A stretch of 64,000 nt of DNA, taken from assembly GCF_057098645.1 (NCBI RefSeq), contig NZ_CM169472.1; one strand, written 5' to 3'. Below are positions 35,767-46,900 of this stretch, piece after piece; positions within the stretch are counted from its first letter, which is position 1; each line of letters opens with the position of its first letter. The notes under the pieces are model-generated. The model had not been told where the DNA came from and did no database searches. It was given only the letters and a program-made list of their open reading frames with translations. The position numbers and the translations under genes are program-made.

Positions 35767-35958
35767 TCATACCAGGTCTCTCTCATCTGCTTCTGCTTTC
35801 GCCACCATCATTTCCAGCTTTTGCGAAAGGGATGTGGCTAACGTATGAAATTCTTCGTCTGTTTCTACTGGTATTGGCACAAACCTGACTCCAATTTGAG
35901 CAAGGCTATGTGCCATCTCAATACTCGTTCTTAACTCAACAGGAGATGCTTTGTGCAT
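35767..35958 (-). CDS. Lambda orf63-like protein
   Basis: 63 aa, position upstream of orf60a/exo as in lambda. Confidence 0.55.
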   Translation of the reverse strand: MHKASPVELRTSIEMAHSLAQIGVRFVPIPVETDEEFHTLATSLSQKLEMMVAKAEADERDLV

Positions 35959-36113
35959 ATCGCCTCCCGTTTATTATTTATCTCCTCAGCCAGCCGCTGG
36001 GCTTTCAGCGGATTTCGGATAACAGAAAGGCCGGGAAATACCCAGCCTCGCTTCGTAACGGAGTAGACGAAAGTGATCGTGCCTACGCGGATATTATCGT
36101 GAGGATGCTTCAT
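35931..36113 (-). CDS. Lambda orf60a-like protein
   Basis: 60 aa from [24 protein letters not shown]..., immediately upstream of exo. Confidence 0.55.
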   Translation of the reverse strand: MKHPHDNIRVGTITFVYSVTKRGWVFPGLSVIRNPLKAQRLAEEINNKREAICTKHLLLS

Positions 36114-36790
36114 CGCCATTGCTCCCCAAATACAAAACCAATTTCAGCCAGTGCCTCGTCCATTTTTTCGATGAACTCCGGCACCATCTCGTCAAAACCC
36201 GCCATGTACTTTTCATCCCGCTCAACCACGACATAATGCAGGCCTTCACGCTTCATACGCGGGTCATAGTTGGCAAAGTACCAGGCATCTTTTCGCGTCA
36301 CCCACATGCTGTACTGCACCTGGGCCATGTAAGCCGACTTTATGGCCTCGAAACCACCGAGCCTGAACTTCATGAAATCCCGGGAGGTAAACGGGCATTT
36401 CAGCTCAAGGCCGTTGCCGTCACTGCATAAACCATCGGGAGAGCAGGCGGTGCGCATACTTTCGTCGCGATAGATGATCGGGGATTCAGTAACATTCACG
36501 CCGGAAGTGAATTCAAACAGGGTTCTGGCGTCGTTCTCGTACTGTTTTCCCCAGGCCAGCGCCTTAGCATTAACTTCCGGAGCCACACCGGTGCAAACCT
36601 CAGCCAGCAGGGTGTGGAAGTAGGACATTTTCATGTCAGGCCACTTCTTTCCTGAGCGGGGCTTTGCTATCACGTTGTGAACTTCTGAAGCGGTGATGAC
36701 GCCGAGCCGTAATTTGTGCCATGCATCATCCCCCTGTTCGACAGCTCTCACGTCGATCCCGGTACGCTGCAGGATAATGTCCGGTGTCAT
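36110..36790 (-). CDS. exo: Lambda exonuclease (Red-alpha)
   Basis: 226 aa, [58 protein letters not shown]... Confidence 0.95.
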   Translation of the reverse strand: MTPDIILQRTGIDVRAVEQGDDAWHKLRLGVITASEVHNVIAKPRSGKKWPDMKMSYFHTLLAEVCTGVAPEVNAKALAWGKQYENDARTLFEFTSGVNVTESPIIYRDESMRTACSPDGLCSDGNGLELKCPFTSRDFMKFRLGGFEAIKSAYMAQVQYSMWVTRKDAWYFANYDPRMKREGLHYVVVERDEKYMAGFDEMVPEFIEKMDEALAEIGFVFGEQWR

Positions 36791-37572
36791 GCTGCCACCT
36801 TCTGCTCAGTGGCTTTCTGTTTCAGGAATCCAAGAGCTTTCACTGCTTCGGCCTGTGTCAGTTCTGACGATGCGCGAATGTCGCGGCGAAATATCTGGGA
36901 ACAGAGCGGCAATAAGTCGTCATCCCATGTTTTATCCAGGGCGATTAGCAGAGTGTTAATCTCCTGCATGGTTTCATCGTTAACCGGAGTGATGTCGCGT
37001 TCCGGCTGGCGTTCTGCAGTGTATGCAGTATTTTCGACAATGCGCTCGGCTTCATCCTTGTCATAGATACCAGCAAATCCGAAGGCCAGACGGGCACACT
37101 GAATCATGGCTTTATGCCGTAACATCCGTTTAGGATGCGACTGCCACGGCCCCGTGATTTCTCTGCCTTCGCGGGTTTTGAATGGTTCGCGGCGGCATTC
37201 ATCCATCCATTCGGTAACGCAGATCGGATGATTACGGTCCTTGCGGTAAATCCGGCATGTACAGGATTCATTGTCCTGCTCAAAGTCCATGCCATCAAAC
37301 TGCTGGTTTTCATTGATGATGCGGGACCAGCCATCAACGCCCACCACCGGAACGATGCCGTTCTGCTTATCAGGGAAGGCGTAAATTTCTTTCGTCCACG
37401 GATTAAGGCCGTACTGGTTGGCGACGATCAACAATGCGATGAACTGCGCATCGCTGGCATCGCCTTTAAATGCCGTCTGGCGAAGAGTGGTGATCAGTTC
37501 CTGTGGGTCGACAGAATCCATGCCGACACGTTCAGCCAGCTTCCCTGCCAGCGTTGCGAGTGCTGTACTCAT
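36787..37572 (-). CDS. bet: Lambda Bet (Red-beta) single-strand annealing protein
   Basis: 261 aa, [59 protein letters not shown]... Confidence 0.95.
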   Translation of the reverse strand: MSTALATLAGKLAERVGMDSVDPQELITTLRQTAFKGDASDAQFIALLIVANQYGLNPWTKEIYAFPDKQNGIVPVVGVDGWSRIINENQQFDGMDFEQDNESCTCRIYRKDRNHPICVTEWMDECRREPFKTREGREITGPWQSHPKRMLRHKAMIQCARLAFGFAGIYDKDEAERIVENTAYTAERQPERDITPVNDETMQEINTLLIALDKTWDDDLLPLCSQIFRRDIRASSELTQAEAVKALGFLKQKATEQKVAA

Positions 37573-37577
37573 CCGTT

Positions 37578-37994
37578 TTATACCTCTGAATCAATATCAA
37601 CCTGATGGTGAGCAATGGTTTCAACCATGTACCGGATGTGTTCTGCCATGCGCTCCTGAAACTCAACATCGTCATCAAACGCACGGGTAATGGCTTTTTT
37701 GCTGGCCCCGTGGCGTTGCAAATGACCGATGCATAGCGATTCAAACAGGTGCTGGGGCAGGCCTTTTTCCATGTCGTCTGCCAGTTCTGCCTCTTTCTCT
37801 TCACGGGCTATCTGCTGGTAGTGACGCGCCCAGCTCTGAGCCTCAAGACGATCCTGAATGTAATAAGCGTTCATGGCCGAACTCCTGAAATAGCTGTGAA
37901 AATATCGCCCGCGAAATGCCGGGCTGATTAGGAAAACAGGAAAGGGGGTTAGTGAATGCTTTTGCTTGATCTCAGTTTCAGTATTAATATCCAT
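37578..37994 (-). CDS. gam: Lambda Gam (RecBCD inhibitor)
   Basis: 138 aa, [61 protein letters not shown]... Confidence 0.95.
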   Translation of the reverse strand: MDINTETEIKQKHSLTPFPVFLISPAFRGRYFHSYFRSSAMNAYYIQDRLEAQSWARHYQQIAREEKEAELADDMEKGLPQHLFESLCIGHLQRHGASKKAITRAFDDDVEFQERMAEHIRYMVETIAHHQVDIDSEV

Positions 37995-38092
37995 TTTTTA
38001 TAAGCGTCGACGGCCTCACGAAACATCTTTTCATCGCCAATAAAAGTGGCGATAGTGAATTTAGTCTGGATAGCCATAATTGTTTGATCCAT
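37949..38092 (-). CDS. kil: Lambda Kil (FtsZ inhibitor)
   Basis: 47 aa, [47 protein letters not shown]. Confidence 0.85.
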   Translation of the reverse strand: MDQTIMAIQTKFTIATFIGDEKMFREAVDAYKKWILILKLRSSKSIH

Positions 38093-38225
38093 TTTTTGGG
38101 ACTCCTGGCTGATTAAGTATGTCGATAAGGCGTTTCCATCCGTCACGTAATTTACGGGTGATTCGTTCAAGTAAAGATTCGGAAGGGCAGCCAGCAACAG
38201 GCCACCCTGCAATGGCATATTGCAT
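38061..38225 (-). CDS. cIII: Lambda cIII (FtsH inhibitor)
   Basis: 54-aa ORF beginning MQYAIAGWPVAGCPSESLLER, overlapping kil by 32 nt as in lambda; below the ORF-track cutoff. Confidence 0.85.
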   Translation of the reverse strand: MQYAIAGWPVAGCPSESLLERITRKLRDGWKRLIDILNQPGVPKNGSNNYGYPD

Positions 38226-38297
38226 GGTGTGCTCCTTATTTATACATAACGAAAAACGCCTCGAGTGAAGCGTAATTGGTATGCGGTAACGCCGCGC

Positions 38298-38666
38298 TCA
38301 GGCGGCCTTGATAGTCATATCATCTGAATCAAATATTTCTGATGTATCGATATCGGTAATTCTTATTCCTTCACTACCATCCATTGGAGGCCATCCTTCC
38401 TGACCATTTCCATCATTCCAGTCGAACTCACACACAACACCATATGCATTTAAGTCGCTTGAAATTGCTATAAGCAGAGCATGTTGCGCCAGCATGATTA
38501 ATACAGCATTTAATACAGAGCCGTGTTTATTGAGTCGGTATTCAGAGTCTGACCAGAAATTATTAATCTGGTGAAGTTTTTCCTCTGTCATTACGTCATG
38601 GTCGATTTCAATTTCTATTGATGCTTTCCAGTCGTAATCAATGATGTATTTTTTGATGTTTGACAT
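38298..38666 (-). CDS. ea10: Lambda Ea10-like protein
   Basis: 122 aa, MSNIKKYIIDYDWKASIEIEIDHDVMTEEKLHQINNFWSDSEYRL... Confidence 0.8.
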   Translation of the reverse strand: MSNIKKYIIDYDWKASIEIEIDHDVMTEEKLHQINNFWSDSEYRLNKHGSVLNAVLIMLAQHALLIAISSDLNAYGVVCEFDWNDGNGQEGWPPMDGSEGIRITDIDTSEIFDSDDMTIKAA

Positions 38667-38685
38667 CTGTTCATATCCTCACAGA

Positions 38686-38712
38686 TAAAAAATCGCCCTC
38701 ATCTTGGAGGGC
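38686..38712 (-). terminator. Intrinsic terminator in the pL operon, upstream of ea10
   Basis: Minus strand gccctc-caagat-gagggc followed by gATTTTTT. Confidence 0.55.
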
Positions 38713-38854
38713 AAAGAAGATTTCCAATAATCAGAACAAGTCGGCTCCTGTTTAGTTACGAGCGACATTGCTCCGTGTATTCACTCGTTGGAATGAATAC
38801 ACAGCGCTGTGTTTATTCTGTTGTTTGCGTGAAAATGAAATCCGCCTGAGCGGG

Positions 38855-39736
38855 TTATGACCACTTTTTGTTTGGGTTTCGTTGGTGAGCGTGGTTTACA
38901 GGATTATTTGATATACCCCATAACTCTGACTCGCTTATCTCTACACGAGAGAAAGACCTGCTTTCTTTCAGTTCTTTTATAAACCTAGAACCTAAGATGA
39001 CATCTATTGTACCAGAAAGTTCTTGTAAAAGATCTTTGTTTTTTCTGAGGAAGAAAATATCTTCTTTATATTTAATTTTTACATAGAATTTATTCTGTAT
39101 TTTTAATATATCAAAGCATGGCAGATATCTATATCCCTCATATTTTCGCCACTGCTTAACAATTATAACATCTTTTTCATTTACTGCATTAATCAGCCCA
39201 AGACCAAGTACAGGTATGAATATTCTATTGTCTGCCGAAAGCGTACAATTATCACCACCAGGCAAATATGTATAAATCATGTCGGAATTTTTATACGCAT
39301 CAACGAATGCACGTAAGAAGCGTACATATTTTTGCCATCCGTTTATACCGAATTTACCATATAAGTATTCTTTATTTGTTAGAAGAAAACTATTTGTATC
39401 AGGATCCTTATCTACAGACCTGTCGATAAGATCTCCAACTACGTTTACAAAGTCAAAGACAGAGTTTAATAAGAACAATTGTCTTTCAGTAGGGCGAATT
39501 TCAATTATGTAGCCAGGATGAAGACGATATTGCATCTGCTTACGAAGTATACCGAACGCTTGGGTCCGAGCATCTGAAAGCAACTTCTTGTCGCCATCGC
39601 CGTGAGCATTGTTTCTAATAAAACTGATATAATTTGCTAATTTTTCAGCCTCTTTTTTGTGTTTTTTTCGCTCTGATGCTGAGTCTATTGGTTTTGGTAT
39701 GGACTTGTAATCAATCTTCTTCATTACGTACCTCAT
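38855..39736 (-). CDS. Uncharacterised 293-aa protein translationally coupled to N (lambda ral/sieB slot)
   Basis: Start ATG overlaps the N stop (ATGA), visibly AT-rich, lambda ral/sieB absent at this position; no motif I can assign. Confidence 0.6.
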   Translation of the reverse strand: MRYVMKKIDYKSIPKPIDSASERKKHKKEAEKLANYISFIRNNAHGDGDKKLLSDARTQAFGILRKQMQYRLHPGYIIEIRPTERQLFLLNSVFDFVNVVGDLIDRSVDKDPDTNSFLLTNKEYLYGKFGINGWQKYVRFLRAFVDAYKNSDMIYTYLPGGDNCTLSADNRIFIPVLGLGLINAVNEKDVIIVKQWRKYEGYRYLPCFDILKIQNKFYVKIKYKEDIFFLRKNKDLLQELSGTIDVILGSRFIKELKESRSFSRVEISESELWGISNNPVNHAHQRNPNKKWS

Positions 39737-40056
39737 GCCAATGGAATGGATTCCCCTTTAACCTTTTGTCTTCCTTGACAAGTTATACCGAACTCACCTG
39801 GCTTGCTATACCAAACTCGATGATTCTTGCGCTCAATACGTTGCAGGTTGCTTTCAATCTGTTCGTGGTATTCAGCCAGCACCGTAAGGTCTATCGGATT
39901 CAGTGCGCTTTCTACTCGTGATTTCGGTTTGCGATTCAGCGAGAGAATAGGGCGGTTAACTGGTTTAGCGCTTACCCCAACCAACAGGGGATTTGCTGCT
40001 TTCCATTGAGCCTGTTTCTCTGCGCGACGTTCGCGGCGGCGTGTTTGTGCATCCAT
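39733..40056 (-). CDS. N: Lambda antiterminator N
   Basis: 107 aa, MDAQTRRRERRAEKQAQWKAANPLLVGVSAKPVNRPILSLNRKPKSRVESALNPIDLTVLAEYH... Confidence 0.9.
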   Translation of the reverse strand: MDAQTRRRERRAEKQAQWKAANPLLVGVSAKPVNRPILSLNRKPKSRVESALNPIDLTVLAEYHEQIESNLQRIERKNHRVWYSKPGEFGITCQGRQKVKGESIPLA

Positions 40057-40213
40057 CTGGATTCTCCTGTCAGTTAGCTTTGGTTGTGTGTGGGAGTCGT
40101 AGTCCTGAACGAAAACACCCCGCAATGGCACATTGGCAGCTAATCCGGATTCGCACTTCCGGCCAATGCTTCGTTTCGTATCACACACACCAAAGCCTTC
40201 TGCTTTGAATGCT

Positions 40214-40228
40214 GCCCTTCTTCAGGGC
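40214..40228 (-). promoter_or_regulatory. nutL boxB hairpin
   Basis: Minus-strand GCCCTGAAGAAGGGC, the lambda boxB sequence, between pL and N. Confidence 0.65.
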
Positions 40229-40279
40229 TTAATTTTTAAGAGCCTCACCTTCAATGGTGGTCAGTGCGTCCTGCTGATG

Positions 40280-40348
40280 GCTTAAAATTACAAGGAAGAT
40301 TGTATGTTGTAAACAAGAAATATTGTAAAAAAGGGACGTGAAAAACAA
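40280..40348 (-). promoter_or_regulatory. 434-type left operators (OL1-OL3) with the pL promoter
   Basis: Three 14-bp ACAA-N6-TTGT sites: ACAAGGAAGATTGT, ACAAGAAATATTGT, ACAAACTCCATTGT. Confidence 0.7.
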
Positions 40349-40408
40349 ACTCCATTGTTTTTAAACGGAAAATAGTTTGTTTTTTTGTTATCGAGATTGA
40401 GGTGGGGA

Positions 40409-41454
<1,046 letters not shown>

Positions 41455-41473
41455 TTATTTACCCCCAATCTTC

Positions 41474-41532
41474 ACAAGAAAAACTGTATTTGACAAACAA
41501 GATACATTGTATGAAAATACAAGAAAGTTTGT
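41474..41532. promoter_or_regulatory. 434-type right operators OR3-OR2-OR1 with pRM/pR
   Basis: ACAAGAAAAACTGT (41474-41487), ACAAGATACATTGT (41497-41510), ACAAGAAAGTTTGT (41519-41532). Confidence 0.8.
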
Positions 41533-41545
41533 TGATGGAGGCGAT

Positions 41546-41575
41546 ATGCAAACTCTTTCTGAACGCCTCAAGAAG
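41546..41575 (+). pseudogene. cro: 434-type cro truncated after codon 10 by an IS insertion
   Basis: ATG CAA ACT CTT TCT GAA CGC CTC AAG AAG (MQTLSERLKK) runs directly into the IS terminal repeat TGAACCGCCCC. Confidence 0.75.
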
Positions 41576-41617
41576 TGAACCGCCCCGGGTTTCCTGGAGA
41601 GTATTTTATCTGTGAAC

Positions 41618-42508
41618 TCAGGCTGCCAGATCATTATTTCCGATGGAAGCATAATAAGCTTTTTCTGCTTCTGCCGGAGGAATATGGCCCAGCCTTTCCA
41701 GCAATCGTCGATTGTTATACCAGTCCACCCACGTGAGTGTGGCCAGTTCCACTTCTGCACGGTTTTTCCAGCTCTTACGGTGTATTACCTCCGCTTTGTA
41801 AAGACCATTGATGCTCTCCGCCATCGCGTTGTCATACGAGTCGCCAGTACTCCCTGTTGATGCCAGTAATCCGGCTTCCTTAAGCCGCTGCGTGTAGGCC
41901 AGCGATACATACTGAGAACCTTTATCACTGTGATGGATTGTGCCGGACGGCCGACGGGCCCACAACGCCTGCTCCAGTGCATCCAGCACGAATGTTGTTT
42001 CCATGGATGATGAGACCTGCCATCCCACGATGTATCCGGCGAACACATCAATGATGAACGCCACATAAACGAAGCCCCGCCATGTGCTGACGTAAGTAAA
42101 ATCAGCCACCCACAGCTGGTCAGGTCGTTCTGCCACGAACTGACGGTTTACGCGGTCGCCTGCGGCAACGGCTTTCCGGCTGATGGTCGTACGGACCTTT
42201 TTACCCCGGAGAACACCGGCAAGTCCCATAACTGCCATGAGACGTGCCACAGTGCATCTGGCCACTCTGATACCTTCCCGTAACAACTGACGCCAGACTT
42301 TACGCACACCGTATACCTGGTGATTTTCATCGTATACGCGCTGTATCTCTTTCTTCAGCCAGTCATCGTGCTGCGCACGGGCACTGCGTTTATCCGGATG
42401 ATGTCGCTGTTGCTGACAGTGGTAATACGTTGACGGGGCAATATGCAGTTCGCTGCATAGCGGTCCGACCCCGTACTGCTCACGCAGCTTATCCAGCAGT
42501 GGCATCAT
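41618..42508 (-). CDS. IS629-like transposase OrfB (DDE/integrase domain)
   Basis: 296-aa ORF with IS3-family DDE region ([10 protein letters not shown]...[11 protein letters not shown]). Confidence 0.85.
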   Translation of the reverse strand: MMPLLDKLREQYGVGPLCSELHIAPSTYYHCQQQRHHPDKRSARAQHDDWLKKEIQRVYDENHQVYGVRKVWRQLLREGIRVARCTVARLMAVMGLAGVLRGKKVRTTISRKAVAAGDRVNRQFVAERPDQLWVADFTYVSTWRGFVYVAFIIDVFAGYIVGWQVSSSMETTFVLDALEQALWARRPSGTIHHSDKGSQYVSLAYTQRLKEAGLLASTGSTGDSYDNAMAESINGLYKAEVIHRKSWKNRAEVELATLTWVDWYNNRRLLERLGHIPPAEAEKAYYASIGNNDLAA

Positions 42509-42831
42509 TTTTTCCAGAGGCGGTCGAACTCCGCCTTCGCAAAATAAGCGGAAGCCTGGCGAAGGATATCGTTACTGCGGCGCAGTTCACGATTTTCACG
42601 CTCCAGCTCTTTCAGACGCTGACGTTCAGCGGTGGTGAGCCCGCCATCACCGCCCCCGGTATCCCGCTCATGCTGGCGAACCCAGACACGCAGAGTCTCC
42701 GGCGTACAGCCAATCTTTGGAGCAATGGAACAAATTGTCGCCCATTGTGAGTCATATTCATCCTGACTTTCCAGAACCATACGAATCGCCCGCTGACGGA
42801 CTTCGGGGGAAAAACGAGTATTTTTAGTCAT
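42505..42831 (-). CDS. IS629-like transposase OrfA (HTH)
   Basis: 108 aa, [50 protein letters not shown]... Confidence 0.85.
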   Translation of the reverse strand: MTKNTRFSPEVRQRAIRMVLESQDEYDSQWATICSIAPKIGCTPETLRVWVRQHERDTGGGDGGLTTAERQRLKELERENRELRRSNDILRQASAYFAKAEFDRLWKK

Positions 42832-42885
42832 CCTGTTTACCTCTTTCTCAGGGAGTTTAGTCTCCAGGATTTCCGGGGCGGTTCA

Positions 42886-43265
42886 ACCAGCCAGAAAACG
42901 ACCTTTCTGTGGTGAAACCTGATGCTGCATGGGGGACAGCAGAAGACCTGACCGCCGCAGAGTGGATGTTTGACATGGTGAAGACTATCGCGCCATCAGC
43001 CAGAAAACCGAATTTTGCAGGGTGGGCTAACGATATCCGCCTGATGCGTGAACGTGACGGACGTAACCACCGCGATATGTGTGTGCTGTTCCGCTGGGCC
43101 TGCCAGGACAACTTCTGGTCCGGTAATGTGCTGAGCCCGGCCAAACTCCGCGACAAGTGGACCCAGCTCGAAATCAACCGTAACAAGCAACAGGCAGTCG
43201 TGACAGCCAGCAAACCAAAACTCGACCTGACAAACACAGACTGGATTTACGGGGTGGATTTATGA
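42886..43265 (+). pseudogene. O: Lambda O replication initiator, C-terminal fragment only
   Basis: ...WGTAEDLTAAEWMFDMVKTIAPSARKPNFAGWANDIRLMRERDGRNHRDMCVLFRW...TDWIYGVDL; begins at the IS boundary. Confidence 0.8.
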
Positions 43266-43963
43266 AAAACATCGCCGCACAGATGGTTAACTTTGACCGT
43301 GAGCAGATGCGTCGGATCGCCAACAACATGCCGGAACAGTACGACGAAAAGCCTCAGGTACAGCAGGTAGCGCAGATCATCAACGGTGTGTTCAGCCAGT
43401 TACTGGCAACTTTCCCGGCGAGCCTGGCTAACCGTGACCAGAACGAACTGAACGAAATCCGCCGCCAGTGGGTTCTGGCTTTCCGGGAAAACGGGATCAC
43501 CACAATGGAACAGGTTAACGCAGGAATGCGCGTAGCCCGTCGGCAGAATCGACCATTTCTGCCATCACCCGGGCAGTTTGTTGCATGGTGCCGGGAAGAA
43601 GCATCCGTTATCGCCGGACTGCCAAACGTCAGCGAGCTGGTTGATATGGTTTACGAGTATTGCCGGAAGCGAGGCCTGTATCCGGATGCGGAGTCTTATC
43701 CGTGGAAATCAAACGCGCACTACTGGCTGGTTACCAACCTGTATCAGAACATGCGGGCCAATGCGCTTACTGATGCGGAATTACGGCGCAAGGCTGCCGA
43801 TGAACTGTCCTGTATGACCGCACGAATTAACCGTGGTGAGGCTATACCTGAACCAGTAAAACAACTTCCTGTCATGGGCGGTAGACCTCTAAATCGTGCA
43901 CAGGCTCTGGCGAAGATCGCAGAAATCAAAGCTAAGTTTGGGCTGAAAGGAGCAAGTGTATGA
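43262..43963 (+). CDS. P: Lambda P (DnaB helicase loader)
   Basis: 233 aa, MKNIAAQMVNFDREQMRRIANNMPEQYDEKPQVQQVAQIINGVFSQLLATFPASLANRDQNELNEIRRQW... Confidence 0.95.
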   Translation: MKNIAAQMVNFDREQMRRIANNMPEQYDEKPQVQQVAQIINGVFSQLLATFPASLANRDQNELNEIRRQWVLAFRENGITTMEQVNAGMRVARRQNRPFLPSPGQFVAWCREEASVIAGLPNVSELVDMVYEYCRKRGLYPDAESYPWKSNAHYWLVTNLYQNMRANALTDAELRRKAADELSCMTARINRGEAIPEPVKQLPVMGGRPLNRAQALAKIAEIKAKFGLKGASV

Positions 43964-44250
43964 CGGGCAAAGAGGCAATTATTCATTACCTGGGGACGCA
44001 TAATAGCTTCTGTGCGCCGGACGTTGCCGCGTTAACAGGCGCAACAGTAACCAGCATAAATCAGGCCGCGGCTAAAATGGCACGGGCAGGTCTTCTGGTT
44101 ATCGAAGGTAAGGTCTGGCGAACGGTGTATTACCGGTTCGCTACTAGGGAAGAACGGGAAGGAAAGATGAGCACGAACCTGATTTTTAAGGAGTGTCGCC
44201 AGAGTGCCGCGATGAAACGGGTATTGGCGGTATATGGAGTTAAAAGATGA
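43960..44250 (+). CDS. ren: Lambda Ren
   Basis: 96 aa, MTGKEAIIHYLGTHNSFCAPDVAALTGATVTSINQAAAKMARAGLLVIEGKVWRTVYYRF... Confidence 0.9.
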   Translation: MTGKEAIIHYLGTHNSFCAPDVAALTGATVTSINQAAAKMARAGLLVIEGKVWRTVYYRFATREEREGKMSTNLIFKECRQSAAMKRVLAVYGVKR

Positions 44251-44323
44251 CCATCTACATCACTGAGCTAATAACAGGCCTGCTGGTAATCGCAGGCCTT
44301 TTTATTTGGGGGAGAGGGAAGTC

Positions 44324-44764
44324 ATGAAAAAACTAACCTTTGAAATTCGATCTCCAGCACATCAGCAAAACGCTATTCACGCAGTACAGCAAATCCTTCC
44401 AGACCCAACCAAACCAATCGTAGTAACCATTCAGGAACGCAACCGCAGCTTAGACCAAAACAGGAAGCTATGGGCCTGCTTAGGTGACGTCTCTCGTCAG
44501 GTTGAATGGCATGGTCGCTGGCTGGATGCAGAAAGCTGGAAGTGTGTGTTTACCGCAGCATTAAAGCAGCAGGATGTTGTTCCTAACCTTGCCGGGAATG
44601 GCTTTGTGGTAATAGGCCAGCCAACCAGCAGGATGCGTGTAAGCGAATTTGCGGAGCTATTAGAGCTTATACAGGCATTCGGTACAGAGCGTGGCGTTAA
44701 GTGGTCAGACGAAGCGCGACTGGCTCTCGAATGGAAAGCGCGATGGGGAGATCGGGCTGCATGA
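44324..44764 (+). CDS. ninB: NinB (Orf recombination mediator)
   Basis: 146 aa from MKKLTFEIRSPAHQQNAIHAVQQILPDPTKPIVVTIQERNRSLDQNRKLW... Confidence 0.9.
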   Translation: MKKLTFEIRSPAHQQNAIHAVQQILPDPTKPIVVTIQERNRSLDQNRKLWACLGDVSRQVEWHGRWLDAESWKCVFTAALKQQDVVPNLAGNGFVVIGQPTSRMRVSEFAELLELIQAFGTERGVKWSDEARLALEWKARWGDRAA

Positions 44765-45288
44765 CTATCAAATCAAATACGCCAGCACACGACAAGGACT
44801 GCTGGCAAACGCCGCTTTGGCTTTTTGATGCACTGGATATTGAGTTTGGATTCTGGCTGGATTCGGCAGCGAGCGACAAAAACGCTCTGTGCGCTCACTG
44901 GCTAACTGAGGCTGACGACGCGCTAAATTCTGAGTGGATAAGCCACGGTGCAATCTGGAATAACCCACCGTACAGCAATATCAGGCCGTGGGTGGAAAAA
45001 GCCGCTGAGCAGTGCATACAACAGCGACAGACGGTAGTGATGCTTGTGCCAGAGGATATGTCTGTCGGATGGTTCAGCAAGGCTCTGGAGAGTGTTGACG
45101 AAGTTCGTATTATCACTGATGGACGGATTAATTTTATCGAACCATCGACAGGGCTGGAGAAGAAGGGAAACAGCAAAGGCTCCATGCTGCTGATTTGGCG
45201 ACCGTTCATTAGTCCTCGACGGATGTTTACTATCGTATCCAAAGCGGCATTGATGGCGATCGGGCAGGGCGTCAGGAGGGCGGCATGA
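44761..45288 (+). CDS. Phage N6-adenine DNA methyltransferase (orphan, NPPY motif)
   Basis: 175 aa with WQTPLWLFD and NPPY motifs; ATG overlaps the ninB stop; in the nin-region slot. Confidence 0.7.
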   Translation: MTIKSNTPAHDKDCWQTPLWLFDALDIEFGFWLDSAASDKNALCAHWLTEADDALNSEWISHGAIWNNPPYSNIRPWVEKAAEQCIQQRQTVVMLVPEDMSVGWFSKALESVDEVRIITDGRINFIEPSTGLEKKGNSKGSMLLIWRPFISPRRMFTIVSKAALMAIGQGVRRAA

Positions 45289-45467
45289 GGCGACAACGAC
45301 GAAGTTTCACCGACATCATCTGCGAAAACTGCAAATACCTTCCAACGAAACGCTCCAGAAATAAACGCAAGCCAATCCCAAAAGAATCTGACGTAAAAAC
45401 CTTCAACTACACGGCTCACCTGTGGGATATCCGGTGGCTAAGACATCGTGCGAGGAATACAAGGTGA
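45285..45467 (+). CDS. ninE: NinE-like protein
   Basis: 60 aa, [52 protein letters not shown]... Confidence 0.75.
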   Translation: MRRQRRSFTDIICENCKYLPTKRSRNKRKPIPKESDVKTFNYTAHLWDIRWLRHRARNTR

Positions 45468-45634
45468 TTGACCCAAATCGAAGTTACGAACAAGAAAGCG
45501 TCGAGCGGGCTTTAACGTGCGCTAATTGCGGTCAGAAGCTGCATGTGCTGGAAGTTCACGTGTGTGAGCACTGCTGTGCAGAGCTGATGAGCGATTCGAA
45601 TAGCTCGATGCACGAGGAAGAAGATGATGGCTAA
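45464..45634 (+). CDS. ninF: NinF-like protein (GTG start)
   Basis: 56 aa, [42 protein letters not shown]..., cysteine-rich. Confidence 0.7.
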   Translation: MIDPNRSYEQESVERALTCANCGQKLHVLEVHVCEHCCAELMSDSNSSMHEEEDDG

Positions 45635-46238
45635 ACCAGCGCGAAGACGATGTAAAAACGATGAATGTCGGGAATGGTTTCACCCTGCATTCGCTAATCA
45701 GTGGTGGTGCTCTCCAGAGTGTGGAACCAAGATAGCACTCGAACGACGAAGTAAAGAACGCGAAAAAGCGGAAAAAGCAGCAGAGAAGAAACGACGACGA
45801 GAGGAGCAGAAACAGAAAGATAAACTTAAGATTCGAAAACTCGCCTTAAAGCCCCGCAGTTACTGGATTAAACAAGCCCAACAAGCCGTAAACGCCTTCA
45901 TCAGAGAAAGAGACCGCGACTTACCATGTATCTCGTGCGGAACGCTCACGTCTGCTCAGTGGGATGCCGGACATTACCGGACAACTGCTGCGGCACCTCA
46001 ACTCCGATTTGATGAACGCAATATTCACAAGCAATGCGTGGTGTGCAACCAGCACAAAAGCGGAAATCTCGTTCCGTATCGCGTCGAACTGATTAGCCGC
46101 ATCGGGCAGGAAGCAGTAGACGAAATCGAATCAAACCATAACCGCCATCGCTGGACTGTCGAAGAGTGCAAGGCGATCAAGGCAGAGTACCAACAGAAAC
46201 TCAAAGACCTGCGAAACAGCAGAAGTGAGGCTGCATGA
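45624..46238 (+). CDS. ninG: NinG (Rap Holliday-junction endonuclease)
   Basis: 204 aa, [56 protein letters not shown]... Confidence 0.9.
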   Translation: MMAKPARRRCKNDECREWFHPAFANQWWCSPECGTKIALERRSKEREKAEKAAEKKRRREEQKQKDKLKIRKLALKPRSYWIKQAQQAVNAFIRERDRDLPCISCGTLTSAQWDAGHYRTTAAAPQLRFDERNIHKQCVVCNQHKSGNLVPYRVELISRIGQEAVDEIESNHNRHRWTVEECKAIKAEYQQKLKDLRNSRSEAA

Positions 46239-46900
46239 ATATCTACGAAAGAATTGATGGCAGCAAATACCGAAATATTTGGGTAGCTGGCGACCTGCAC
46301 GGATGCTACACGAACCTGATGAACAAACTGGATACGATTGGATTCGACACCAAAAAAGACCTGCTCATCTCGGTTGGCGATTTGGTTGATCGCGGTACAG
46401 AGAACGTCGAATGTCTGGAATTAATCACATTCCCCTGGTTCAGAGCTGTGCGTGGAAACCATGAGCAAATGATGATTGATGGCTTATCAGAGCGTGGAAA
46501 CGTTAATCACTGGCTGCTTAATGGCGGTGGCTGGTTCTTTAATCTCGATTACGACAAAGAGACTCTGGCTAAAGTTCTTGCCCATAAAGCAGAAGAACTT
46601 CCGTTAATCATCGAACTGGTGAGCAAAGATAAAAAATATGTCATTTGCCACGCCGATTATCCTTGTGATAAATACGAGTTTGGAAAGCCAGTTGATCATC
46701 AGCAGGTAATCTGGAACCGCGAACGAATCAGCAACTCACAAGACGGGATCGTGAAAGAAATCAAAGGCGCGGACACGTTCATCTTTGGTCATACGCCAGC
46801 AGTGAAACCACTCAAATTTGCCAACCAGATGTATATCGATACTGGCGCAGTGTTCTGCGGAAACCTCACATTGATTCAGGTACAGGGAGAAGGCGCATGA
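46235..46900 (+). CDS. ninI: NinI Ser/Thr protein phosphatase (metallophosphatase)
   Basis: 221 aa, GDLHGC and GNHE metallophosphoesterase motifs. Confidence 0.9.
   Translation: MNIYERIDGSKYRNIWVAGDLHGCYTNLMNKLDTIGFDTKKDLLISVGDLVDRGTENVECLELITFPWFRAVRGNHEQMMIDGLSERGNVNHWLLNGGGWFFNLDYDKETLAKVLAHKAEELPLIIELVSKDKKYVICHADYPCDKYEFGKPVDHQQVIWNRERISNSQDGIVKEIKGADTFIFGHTPAVKPLKFANQMYIDTGAVFCGNLTLIQVQGEGA

Larger units (their letters stand above)
41576..42885 (-). mobile_element. IS629-like insertion sequence (IS3 family), copy 1, 1310 bp
   Basis: Terminal inverted repeats TGAACCGCCCCGG at both ends; orfA/orfB pair; flanks are not a direct repeat. Confidence 0.85.

Noticed and set aside
41576-42885. 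Initial identification of this element as IS3 itself
   Set aside because: The OrfA N-terminus ([15 protein letters not shown]...) and the terminal repeats TGAACCGCCCCGG do not match recalled IS3 and fit IS629/IS1203-type elements instead.
42909-43265. 118-aa ORF as an independent gene
   Set aside because: It is the C-terminal fragment of lambda O left after the IS-associated deletion; the internal GTG is not a genuine start.
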